In this document: piece by piece, positions 49,225 to 60,530 of the stretch
Layout of the letters: every line of letters begins with the position of its first letter
How positions within the stretch are numbered: position 1 is the first letter of the stretch
From: Scyliorhinus canicula
Lineage: Eukaryota
Length of the DNA stretch: 64,000 nt
Direction of reading: 5' to 3'
NCBI RefSeq assembly: GCF_902713615.1
Contig: NC_052175.1
Coordinates: forward strand, 9,775,271-9,839,270
Translations under genes and position numbers: made by a program
Notes under the pieces: generated by a model
Databases searched by the model: none
What the model was told of the DNA's origin: nothing
Seen by the model: only the letters and a program-made list of their open reading frames with translations

Positions 49225-50520
49225 CAGCGCTGGGACGCAGTGGTTAGCACTGTTGTCTGACAGTCAAGGAGCCTGTTTCTATTCCGGCCTTGGGAGACGG
49301 TATCTGTGAAGCTTGCACATTCTCCCTGTTTCTGCATGGGTTTCCTACGGGAGCTGAGGTTCTCTCCCACAGTCCATGTTAAGTGGATTGGCTATGCTAC
49401 ATTGGCACTCCTTGCGGTTACGGGATGGTGTGGGGTTTGGGCCGAAGAAAGGTACACTTTCAGAAGACCGGAGCAGACTTGATGGGCCGAATATGCTCCT
49501 ACTGCACTGCATGGATTACAATAGATTGTGTTTATTTCAATGCTGATTCATTTTCCACTCAATTTGGACATGCCCCTCGTGTTCTAGATTCTTACACCAA
49601 TCAGATGTTTCGCCCCATCAACTCTCACCAGACCGTCATGATTCTCAACTCGTCCATTCCTCTGCAAGAAAGAAAGTCCAAATGTCTCCAACCTACCAAC
49701 GTACTAGAAGGTGCTCAGCCCTGAGACCATTCGTGAGCATCTGAAAATCGCGTATTGGCACAAGTAGGCTTCAAATGAAGTGATTGTGAAAAGCCAAATC
49801 TGTTTGCGAGTCTACTTGCTTCTTCAATCCAGAACAGGACACCATATTCCAGTTGAGATTGAAGCACATTTTCAACGTTTTATCATTGTTTCCTTGATTT
49901 TATTCTCCCTGCAGCTATTACCAAAAATATGACATCAGATAGTTAATTTGACATTAAAATAGATTAGTCAAAAAAGATGAAGATTTATGTGCACATCCCA
50001 CAAGATGACACAGCCTGTGTATGTCCTTCAGTGAGGAAAATTCTGACTGAATTGAACAGGACCTTCCTGATCTATGGCTGGAGAAGCTTTACCATTGAAG
50101 CTCGACCAACTGTTTCTGAAATTGAGCTGTTTGATATTAGTATTGGGTGCAAAATATGTTACTTTATTCCAGTGGTAAAATAAGCACAAAGTACTGTCTT
50201 TGCTGATCTCAATTGGATTGGTATGAATATATAATCAATGCTATTGGCTTCTGGGCTTAGGAAGAGAAGATCAGCATGGGCTCCTGCTGCTGATCGATAC
50301 CTCATGTCTTTTGCTGGAAAGTGTGTATAGATGTCAGTTGTGGAGACAGTTGAGCTGAACTGTACCACATTTGTGTTAGAAATTGCCTATCCTGGAGCGA
50401 CATGGTGGTGCAGTGGTTAGCACAGCTGCCCCACATGCCGAGGACCTGGATTTGTCCTTGGTCCAGGGTCGCTGTCCTTGTGGAGTTTGCACAGTCTGCA
50501 TGGGTCTCACGACTCTCCTC
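49225..50520 (+). mobile_element. Degraded HE1-type SINEs (about 49225-49510 and 50395-50520)
   Basis: gcagtggttagcac heads; gggccgaatatgctcct tail. Confidence 0.6.
50240..50375 (+). mobile_element. Possible DeuSINE (SacSINE1-like) relic
   Basis: ggctcctgctgctgatcg..gctggaaagtgtgt..gatgtc resembles the shark DeuSINE 3' part; recognised from memory only. Confidence 0.35.
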
Positions 50521-51009
50521 CCCCCCACATTCAGAAGTGGAATGATATTTTGACATAGTTTTGATAATGTCATAACCATAAAAGAAACTAAAAGGGACAT
50601 ATAGAAGAAGGGCATCTTCAGGAAAGGGGAGTGATGATATTAAAGGTATTTTCCCTTGTGGAACCCCTCTTGGTTTTGGTGCCTGCTTTTAAAACTACCT
50701 GTATAGTACATTAAACGTTTGTTATAGTTACCATTTGCTTTATATGTGGTTATTAGGTTCCTACTGGTAGTTTTTTAACCACTTTCCATAGTTCTGCTTT
50801 GCATGATACCCTATCAGTTCCAATTTTTTAATATTGAGCTGTTCATTCATTTGTATTAGGCACATATTAGATTCACAGGAAGTGTGCATTGTGGACAAAA
50901 TGTATTACTGGTAGATCACTATCATTACGATCCCAGTCCACACCCCAACAGTAGCTAGGATACTGGACTGACACCCCAATGTTTACGTTTATTTTGTAAG
51001 ATTGTGTAG

Positions 51010-53745
51010 TAGAGGAAAGGATGGCGAAGATGATTCTGGAAAAGAGCGAAAGTAACAGGGTAGTTGTTATGGGAGACTTTAACTTTCCAAATATTGACTG
51101 GAAAAGGTATACTTCGAGTACATTAGATGGGTCGTTCTCTGTACAATGTGTGCAGGAGGGTTTCCTGACACAATATGTTGACAGGCCAACAAGAGGCGAG
51201 GCCACATTGGATTTGGTTTTGGGTAATGAACCCGGCCAGGTGTTAGATCTGGAGGTAGGTGAGCACTTTGGAGACAGTGACCACAATTCGGTGACCTTTA
51301 CGTTAGTGATGGAAAGGGATAAGTATACACCGCAGGGCAAGATGTATAGCTGGTGGAAGGGCAATTATGATGCCATTAGACATGACTTAGAATGTGTAGG
51401 TTGGAGAGGTAGGCTGCAAGGGTTGGGCACACTGGATATGTGGAGCTTGTTCAAGGAACAGTTTCCTCCCACAGTCCAAAGATGTGCGGGTTAGGTGGAT
51501 TGGCCATGCTAAATTGCCCGTAGTGTCCTAATATAAGTAAGGTTAAGGGGGGGTTGTTGGGTTACGGGTATAGGGTGGATACGTGGGTTTGAGTAGGGTG
51601 ATCATGGCTCGGCACAACATTGAGGGCCGAAGGGCCTGTTCTGTGCTGTACTGTTCTATGTTCTATGTTATAACAGCTATTGCGCGTTCTTGATAAGTAC
51701 GTCCCCGTCAGACAGGGAGGAAGGGGTAGAGCGAGGGAACCGTGGTTTACCAAAGAAGTGGAATCTCTTGTTAAGAGGAAGAAGGAGGCCTATGTGAAGA
51801 TGAGGCGTGAAGTTTCAGTTGGGGCGCTTCATAGTTACAAGGAAGCGTGGAATGGTCTAAAGAAAGAGCTAAGACGAGCAAGGAGGGGGACATGAGAAGT
51901 CTTTGGCAGGTAGTATCAAGGAAAATCCAAAAGCTTTCTATAGGTATGTCAGGAATAAAAGAATGACTAGGGTATGAGTAGGGCCAGTCAAGGACAGTGG
52001 TGGGAAGTTTTGTGTGGAGGCTGAGGAGATAAGCGAGATACTAAATGAATACTTTTCGTCAGTATTCACTCAGGAAAAAGATAATGTTGTGGAGGAGAAT
52101 GCTGAGACCCAGGCTCTCAGAATATAATTAGATTAGAATGAGGTGCGGAGGGAAGAAGTGTTGGCAATTCTGGACAAGGTGAAAATAGATAAGTCCCCGG
52201 GGCCTGAAGGGATTTATCCTATGATTCTCTGGGAAGCCAGGGAAGAGATTGCTGAGCCTTTGGCTTTGATTTTTATGTCATCATTGGCTACAGGAATAGT
52301 GCCAGAGGACTGGAGGATAGCAAATGTAGTCCCTTTGTTCAAGAAGGGGAGTAGAGATAACCCTGGAACTATAGGCCGGTGAGCCTCACGTCTGTTGTGG
52401 GTAACGTCTTGGAGAGGATTATAAGAGATACGATTTATAATCATCTAGATTGGAATAATATGATTAGGGATAGTCAGCATGGTTTTGTGAAGGGTAGGTC
52501 ATGCCTCACAAACCTTATCGAGTTCTTTGAGAAGGTGACTGAACAGGTAGACGAGGGTAGAGCAGTTGATGTGGTGTATATGGATTTCAGTAAAGCGTTT
52601 GATAAGGTTCCCCACGGACGGCTACTGCAGAAAATACGGATGCTGGGGATTGAGGGTGATTTAGAGATGTGGATCAGAAATTGGCTAGTTGAAAGAAGAC
52701 AGAGGGTGGTGGTTGATGGCAAATGTTCAGAATGGAGTTCAGTTACGAGTGGCGTACCACAAGGATATGTTCTGGGGCCGCTGCTGTTTGTCATTTTTAT
52801 AAATGACCGAGAGGAGGGCACAGAAGGTTGGGTGAGTAAATTTGCAGAAGACACCAAAGTCGGTGGAGTTGTAGACAGTGTGGAAGGATGTTGCATGTTA
52901 CAGAGGGACATAGATAAGCTGCAGAGCTGGGCTGAGAGGTGGCAAATGGAGTTTAATGTAGAGAATTGTGAGCTGATTCACTTTGGAAAGAATAACAGGA
53001 ATGTGGAATATTTGGCTAATAGTAAAATTCTTGGTAGTGTGGATGAGCAGAGGGATCTCGGTGTCCATGTACATAGATCCCTGACAGTTGCCACCCAGGT
53101 TGATAGGGTTGTGAAGAAGGCCTCTGGTGTGTTGGCCTTAATTGGTAGAGAGATTGAGTTCCGGAGCCATGAGGTCATGTTGCAGCTGTACAAAATTCTG
53201 GTACGGCCGCATTTGGAGTATTGCATACAGTTCTGGTCGCCTCATAATCGGAAGGACGTGGAAGCTTTGTAACGGGTGCAGAGGAGATTTACCAGGATGT
53301 TGCCTGGTATGCAGGGAATATCTTATGAGGAAAGGCTGATGGACTTGAGGTTGTTTTCGTTAGAGAGAAAAGGTTAAGAGGTGACTTAATAGTGGCATAC
53401 AAAATAATCAGAGGGTTAGATAGGGTGGACAGTGAGAGCCTTCTCCCGCGGATGGAGGTGGCTAGCACGACGGGACATAGCCTTAAATTGAGGCGTAATA
53501 GATGTAGGACAGATGTCTGAAGTAGGTTTTTTACGCAGAGTGGTGAGGCCGTGGAATGCCCTACCTGCATCAGTAGTGAACTCGCCAACATTGAGGGCAT
53601 TTAAAAGTTTATAGGATATGCATATGGATTAGAATGGCATAGTGTAGGTTAGATGGCCTTTAGATTTTGACTTCCCATGTCGGTGCAACATCGTGGGCCG
53701 AAGGGCCTGCACTGCGCTGTATCGTTCTATGTTCTATGTTCTATG
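51010..53745 (+). mobile_element. Young CR1 LINE (EN end, RT, tail) interrupted by a SINE at 51462-51671
   Basis: Near-identical to the copy at 35077-38580; ends in (TTCTATG)n. Confidence 0.92.
51462..51671 (+). mobile_element. 5'-truncated HE1-type SINE inserted into a CR1
   Basis: AACAG direct repeats at 51457-51461 and 51672-51676. Confidence 0.88.
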
Positions 53746-53877
53746 ACAACCAGAATTCAGAATGTTATAGAATTCCATTGAATATTGTGGAAATAATTTT
53801 GCAGGCCTGATGCAGCTGCTCTCCAAGAGATTTGAAATAAAGGATAAACTGTAAATGGATTGCTGTCAGATCTACCG

Positions 53878-54211
53878 GGGCAGCACGGTGGCATAGTGGT
53901 TAGCATAAATGCTTCACAGCTCCAGGGTCCCAGGTTCGATTCCCGGCTGGGTCACTGTCTGTGCGGAGTCTGCACGTCCTCCCCGTGTGTGCGTGGGTTT
54001 TCTTCGGGTGCTCCGGTTTCCTCCCACAGTCCAAAAATGTGTGGGTTAGGTGGATTGGCCATGCTAAATTGCCCGTAGTGACCTAAAAAGTAAGGTTAAG
54101 GGGGGGGGGGGGGTTGTTGGGTATAGGGTGGATACGTGGGTTTGAGTAGAGTGATCATTGCTCGGCACAACATCGAGGGCCGAAGGGCCTGTTCTGTGCT
54201 GTACTGTTCTA
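53878..54211 (+). mobile_element. HE1-type V-SINE, full length
   Basis: A box TGGCATAGTGG, B box GGTTCGATTCC, CR1-like tail. Confidence 0.9.
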
Positions 54212-54339
54212 TTTGCTTAAGTATTGCATTTGTGTTGATAGTGCACATTGTAAGGCGTGTGAGACGCTGAAGAAGCCGATGCGCCATTTGGTAACATTGC
54301 AGGGGATTTGTAAAATGTATTTAAATACCAGAAGATCAG

Positions 54340-55030
54340 GTAACCACTGACAGAGGGGCATATCGATAAGAACACGGGGATTCCTGCACTGACTGCCTGC
54401 CCTTTCTGGTGGTTACCCATTTCTCTGCCTGCACATTGGGTGTGACCACATTTATATAACTGCTATCTATGACGCTTTCCGCCACCTGCATGCTCCAAAG
54501 TGCACACAACTGCTGCTCCAACCGAACCGTGCGGTCTGTGAGGAGCTCCAGTTGGGTGCACTTTCTGCAGATGAAGCCATCCGGGACTCTGGAAGCCTCC
54601 CGGACCTGCCACATCTCACAGTCAGAACACTGCACCCCTATAATTGACATTGCGTCAATGTTTTAGTAAATTAAATGTAAAAGATTTAAAAAGTTACTCT
54701 TAACTATATGTTTACCAGCACTAGATTTCTACTATAAATGTGAAAGCTAAATACAGTACTCTGTGATCTCTGGCTTAGTTATAATTAAGTATATATGTTT
54801 AATTAGTTTAACAATGCTTATTTAAAAATAATTAGTATAGCTTTCCAACCAGCCAATCAGGACATGGCTTTACTGTGAGGTCACTTCAGCCCACACCCAC
54901 ACTCACAATTGAAAAGGTAATAAAAATAAATAAAAATCACTTACATTTCCAAGTTCTCTGATGCTCTCTGGTCCTCTCCCTATGCATTCGTAAAGACTAG
55001 CGGCCAAATGTTGACTGACGTTCATTACAT
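54340..55030 (-). mobile_element. CR1 5' UTR and ORF1 N-terminal fragment
   Basis: GVQCSDCEMWQV..FICRKCTQLELL Zn-finger/leucine-zipper. Confidence 0.75.
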
Positions 55031-55094
55031 TAAAATTTCTAATCTAATGTGTCAAACTATGATCCATAAATCAGAGCAGCAACATGGTTTATGT

Positions 55095-58000
55095 GCTTAC
55101 GTAGGATCCAGCAGAGGGCAGCAGAGCTACTGATCAGCTGTTCTGGGGAAATTTGCATACGTGCAGTGCGGTCAGCCTAATTTGAAGGTGTACCTGCGAA
55201 GGAGACCCAAGGAGTTTGAGTGAAGGCGAGCATCCAGCAGAGGGCAGCAGAGCTACTGATCAGCTGTTCTGGGGAAATTTGCATACGTGCAGTGCGGTCA
55301 GCCTAATTTGAAGGTGGTTTGTGGAGTGGCTGTTGTCAAGTGACAGTTAAACCCGAAACACTTCATCAGTTTTTCCCACCCTACCTCCTCCTCTAACCAA
55401 CCCCCCCCCCCCCCCCACGGTCGTTGGGAAGTGGGAGCAGGGGCCTGTCGTGAAGGTGAGTGAGTGCCTTTAAATTTGCTTACCTTTCAGCGGGAGCAGG
55501 GTTTGAGGGAATATCAGGTAAGCTCTTCCTTTCTTTCTCTTTTACTAGTTTTTTTTTAAATCTAGAGGTGATGTCAGGGAAGGCAGTACAATGCTCCTCC
55601 TGCAGAATGTTTGAGGTGAGGGACACCGTCAGTGTCCCTGCTGATTTCATCTGTGGGAAGTGCACCCAAATCCAGCTCCTCAAAAACCGTGTTAGGGACC
55701 TGGAGCTTGAGCAGGATGAACTTCGGATCATTCGGGAGGCAGAGGGGGGTCATAGATAGGATCTTCAGGGAAGTAGTTACACCAAATACTGGAGATAGTT
55801 GGGTAACTGTAAGAGGGACTGGGAAGAAGCAGTCAGTGCAGGGACCCTCTGCGGTCGTTCCCCTGAGTAACAAGTATACCGTTTTGGATACTTGTGGGGG
55901 GGACGACTTACCAGGGGTAAGCCATGGGGTACGACCCTCTGGCACGGAGTCTGTCCCTGTTGCTCAGAAGGGAAGGGGGGAAAGGAGTAGAACATTAGTA
56001 ATTGGGGACTCAATAGTCAGGGGCACAGATAGGAGATTTTGTGGGAGCGAGAGAGACTCACGTTTTGTATGTTGCCTCCCAGGTGGAAGGGTACGTGATG
56101 TCTCGGATCGAGTTTTCCGGGTCCTTAAGGTGGAGGGGGAGCAGCCCCAAGTCGTAGTCCACATTGGCACTAACGACATAGGTAGGAAAGGGGACAAGGA
56201 TGTCAGGCAGGCCTTTAGGGAGCTAGGATGGAAGCTCAGAGCGAGAACAAACAGAGTTGTTATCTCTGGGTTGTTGCCCGTGCCACGTGATAGTGAGATG
56301 AGGAATAGGGAGAGAGAGCAATTAAATACGTGGCTACAGGGATGGTGCAGGCCGGAGGGATTCCGATTTCTGGATAACTGGGGCTCTTTTTGGGGAAGGT
56401 GGGACCTCTATAGACAGGATGGTCTACATCTGAACCTGAGGGGCACCAATATCCTGGGAGGGAGATTTGTTTGTGCTCATTGGGGGTGTTTAAACTAATT
56501 CAGCAGGGGCATGGGAACCTGGATTGTAGTTTGGGGTACGGGAGATTGAGAGTACAGAGGTCAGGAGCACAGATTTGACTTCGCAGGAGGGCGCCAGTGT
56601 TCAGGTAGGTGGTTTGAAGTGTGTCTACTTCAATGCCAGGAGTATACGAAATAAGGTAGGGGAACTGGCAGCATGATTTGGTACCTGGGACTTCGATGTT
56701 GTGGCCATTTCAGAGACATGGATAGAGCAGGGACAGGAATGGTTGTTGCAGGTTCCGGGGTTTAGGTGTTTTAGTAAGCTCAGAGAATGGGGCAAAAGAG
56801 GGGGAGGTGTGGCGCTGCTAGTCAAGGACAGTATTACGGTGGCGGAAAGGATGCTAGATGGGGACTCTTCTTCCGAGGTAGTATGGGCTGATGTTAGAAA
56901 CAGGAAAGGAGAGGTCACCCTGTTGGGAGTTTTCTATAGGCCACTTAATAGTTCTAGGGATGTAGAGGAAAGGATGGCGAAGATGATTGTGGAAAAGAGC
57001 GAAAGTAACAGGGTAGTTGTTATGGGAGACTTTAACTTTCCAAATATTGACTGGAAAAGATATAGTTCGAGTACATTAGATGGGTCGTTCTTTGTACAAT
57101 GTGTGCAGGATGGGTTTCCTGATACAATATGTTGACAGGCCAACAAGAGGCGAGGCCACATTTTGGGTAATGAACCAGGCCAGGTGTTAGATCTGGAGGT
57201 AGGTGAGCACTTTGGAAACAGTGATCACAATTCGGTGACCTTTACGTTAGTGATGGAAAGGGATCAGTATATCCCGCAGGGCAAGAGTTATAGCTGGGGG
57301 AAGGGCAATTATGATGCCATTAGACATGACTTAGGATGTGTAGGTTGGAGAAGTAGGCAGCAAGGGTTGGGCACACTGGACATGTGGAGCTTGTTCAAGG
57401 AACAGCTGTTGCATGTTCTTGATAAGTACGTACCAGTCAGGCAGGGAGGAAGGGGTCGAGCGAGGGAACCGTGGTTTACCAAAGAAGTGGAATCTCTTGT
57501 TAAGAGGAAGAAGGAGGCCTATGTGAAGATGAGGCGTGAAGTTTCAGTTGGGGCGCTTCATAGTTACAAGGAAGCATGGAATGATCTAAAGAGAGAGCTA
57601 AGACGAGCAAGGAGGGGACATGAGAGGTCTTTTGCTGGTAGGATCAAGGAAAACCCAAAAGCTTTCTATAGGTATGTCAGGAATAAAAGAATGAGTAGGG
57701 TAAGAGTAGGGCCAGTCAAGGACAGTGGTGGGAAGTTGTGTGTGGAGGCTGAGGAGATAAGCGAGATACTAAATGAATACTTTTCGTCAGTATTCACTCA
57801 GGAAAAAGATAATGTTGTGGAGGAGAATGCTGAGACCCAGGCTATTAGAATAAATGGCATTGAGGTGCGTAGGCACGAAGTGTTGGCAATTCTGGACAAG
57901 GTGAAAATAGATAACTCCCCGGGGCCTGATGGAATTTATCCTATGATTCTCTGGGAAGCCAGGGAAGAGATTGCTCAGCCTTTGGCTTTGAGTTTTATGT

Positions 58001-58175
58001 CATCATTGGCTACAGGAATAGTGCCAGAGGACTGGCGGATAGCAAATATGGTCCCTTTGTTCAAGAAGGGGAGTAGAGATAACCCCGGTAACTATAGGCC
58101 GGTGAGCCTCACGTCTGTTGTGGGTAAAGTCTTGGAGAGGATTATAAGAGATACGATTTATAATCATCTAGATAG
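55095..58175 (+). mobile_element. Young CR1 LINE with 5' UTR, ORF1 (ATG 55571) and ORF2 to early RT; 3'-truncated
   Basis: MSGKAVQCSSC, VIGDSIVRG, HIGTND, DGLHL; EN motifs with a TGA and frameshifts; ends abruptly at the satellite. Confidence 0.92.
55106..55316 (+). promoter_or_regulatory. Tandem 85-bp duplication (126-bp period) at the CR1 5' end carrying CTCF-like, E-box and octamer motifs
   Basis: CCAGCAGAGGGCAG at 55108 and 55234, CAGCTG in both copies, ATTTGCAT at 55151 and 55277. Confidence 0.6.
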
Positions 58176-58189
58176 GATTAGGGTTACAT

Positions 58190-60530
58190 ACACTTCAATG
58201 GAAGCAGTATTCAACAGAAAACAGACTATGTTTACAGTGCTCTACAGTAAACAGTCTGTATAAACAGTGCCCTACAGTAAACAGTCTATATACAGTGTCG
58301 TACAGTATATAGCCAGTGTAAACACTGTCCTACAGAAAACAGCCTATGCAAACAGTGTCCTACAGAAAACAGTCCATATAAACAGTGCCCTACAGTAATT
58401 AGCCTTTATAAACAGAGTCGTATACTACAGCCAGTGTAAACACGGTCCTACAGAAAACAGACTATGTAAACAGTGCCCTACAGTCAATTGTAGATATACA
58501 TAGTGCCCTACAGTAAACAGTCGATGTAAATAGTGCCGTACAGTAAAAAGTCTACACAAACAGTGCCATACAGTAAACTGTCGATATAAACAGTGCCATA
58601 CAGTAAACAGTCGATGTAAACTGTGCCCGACAGTTAACAGTCTATGGAAACATTCTACTACAAAAAACATTCTCTGTAAAGAGCTTCCCCCAGTAAACAG
58701 TCTATGTAAACAGTGCCCTACAATAAACAGTGTATAAAAACAGTGCCCTCCAGTAAACAGACAACGTAAACAGTGCCCTACCGAGAACCGTCTCTGTAAA
58801 AAAAGTGCGCTACAGTAAACAGTCAATATAAACATGCCCTTCGTAAACCGTCTATGGAAAGTGTCCTACAGCAAACACTCTATGTAAACATTCCCTGCAG
58901 TAAATGGTCTAACAGTCAATGGAAGCAGTATTCAACAGAAAGCAGAATATATTTAAAGTGCTCTACAGTAAACAGTCTATATAAACAGTGCCCTACAATA
59001 AACCTAAACAGTGCCCTACAGTAAACAGTCTGTATAAACAGTGCCCTACAGTAAACAGTCTATATAAACAGTGCCCTACATTAAACAATCTATATAAACA
59101 GTGCCCTACAGTAAACAGTCTATTTAAACAGTGCCCTACAGTATACAGTCTATATCGACAGTGCCCTACAGTAAACAGTCTATATCAACAGTGCCCTACA
59201 TTAAACAGTCTATATAAACAGTGCCCTACAGTAAACAGTCTTTGTAAACAATGCAAGGCAGTAAACAGTCTATATAAACAGTATCGTGCAGTATATAGCC
59301 AGTGTAAACACTGTCCTACTGATTACAGTCGATGTAAACAGTGCCCTACAGTAAATTTTCAATATATACAGTGCCCTACATTAAACAGTCTATAGCAACA
59401 ATGTGCTGCAGTAAACAGTCTATGTAAACAGTGCCCTACAGTATACAGTCTATATAAACAGTGCCCTTCGTAAACAGTCTATGTAAAGTGACCCACAGAA
59501 AACAGTTTATCTAAACATCCCCTACAGTAAACAGACTATGTAAACAGTGTTCAACAGAAAACCGTCTATGTTTACAGTGCCCTTCAGTAAACAGTCTATG
59601 TAATCAGTCCCCGACAGTAAATAGTCTAAATAAACATTGCTCTCCCATTAACAGTCTATATAAACATTGCCCCATTGTAGTCTATAGAAACAGTGCCTTA
59701 CAGAAAACAGTCATTGTAAACAGTGCACTACAGTTAACAGTCTCTGTGAACAGTGCCCTACAGTAAACAGTCAATATAAGCGTGCCAGTTCGTAAAAAAT
59801 CAATGGAAAGTGTCTTGCAGAAAACAGTCTTATAAACAGTGCCCGACAGCACTGGGGTACCGGGCAGCACGGTAGCATTGCGGATAGCACAATCGCTGCA
59901 CAGCTCCAGGGTCTCATGTTCGATTCTGGCTGAGGTCGCTGTCTGTGCGGAATCTGCACATCCTCCCTGTGTGTGTGGGTTTCCTTCGGGTGCTCCGGTT
60001 TCCTCCCACAATCCAAAGATGTGCAGGTTAGGTGGATTGGCCATGATAAATTGCCCTTAGAGCCCTGCTCCGTACAGTATGCAGTGTTCAATAGAAAACA
60101 GTATTTTGTTGCAGCGCCCTCCAGTTAACAGACTATGTAAACAGTCTCCTGCAATAAACAGTCTATGTAAACAGTGTCTGACCGAAAACAGTCTATGTAA
60201 GCAGTGCCCTGCAGTAAACAGTCCATATACACAGTGCCTTGCATTAAACAGAGCTTATGTAACAGTTCCCTCCAGGAAACAGCCTTTGTAAACAGTGCCG
60301 GACAGTAGATAGCCAGTGTAAACTTTGGCCTACAGTAAGCAGTCTATGTGAACAGCGCCTTTCAGTAAACAGAGTCTATGTAAACAGTGCTGTGCAGTAA
60401 AGTCTATATAAACTGTGCCATACTGTAAACAGTCTATATAAACAGTGCCCCAACCGATGTAAACAGTGTTCAACAGAAATCAGGCTATGTTTACAGTGCC
60501 CTGCCGTAAACAGTCTATCTTAACAGTACC
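58190..60530. repeat. 30-bp satellite (AAACAGTGCCCTACAGTAAACAGTCTATAT) with higher-order structure
   Basis: About 70 units, most homogeneous at 59000-59250; variant units recur about 720-1000 bp apart. Confidence 0.92.
59862..60060 (+). mobile_element. HE1-type SINE (tail missing) inside the 30-bp satellite
   Basis: gggcagcacggtagca head and V core. Confidence 0.8.

Noticed and set aside
53878-53950. tRNA genes
   Set aside because: The A/B boxes belong to tRNA-derived SINE heads with no cloverleaf; no true RNA genes were seen in the window.
32993-58263. Active autonomous LINE or domesticated esterase gene
   Set aside because: Every CR1 and L1 copy has stops, frameshifts or truncation; the SGNH esterase ORFs are ordinary CR1 ORF1.
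58988-59395. Cys-rich repeat protein (CPTVNSLYKQ)n
   Set aside because: By-product of a 30-bp stop-free satellite unit, with a non-ATG start and no splice context.
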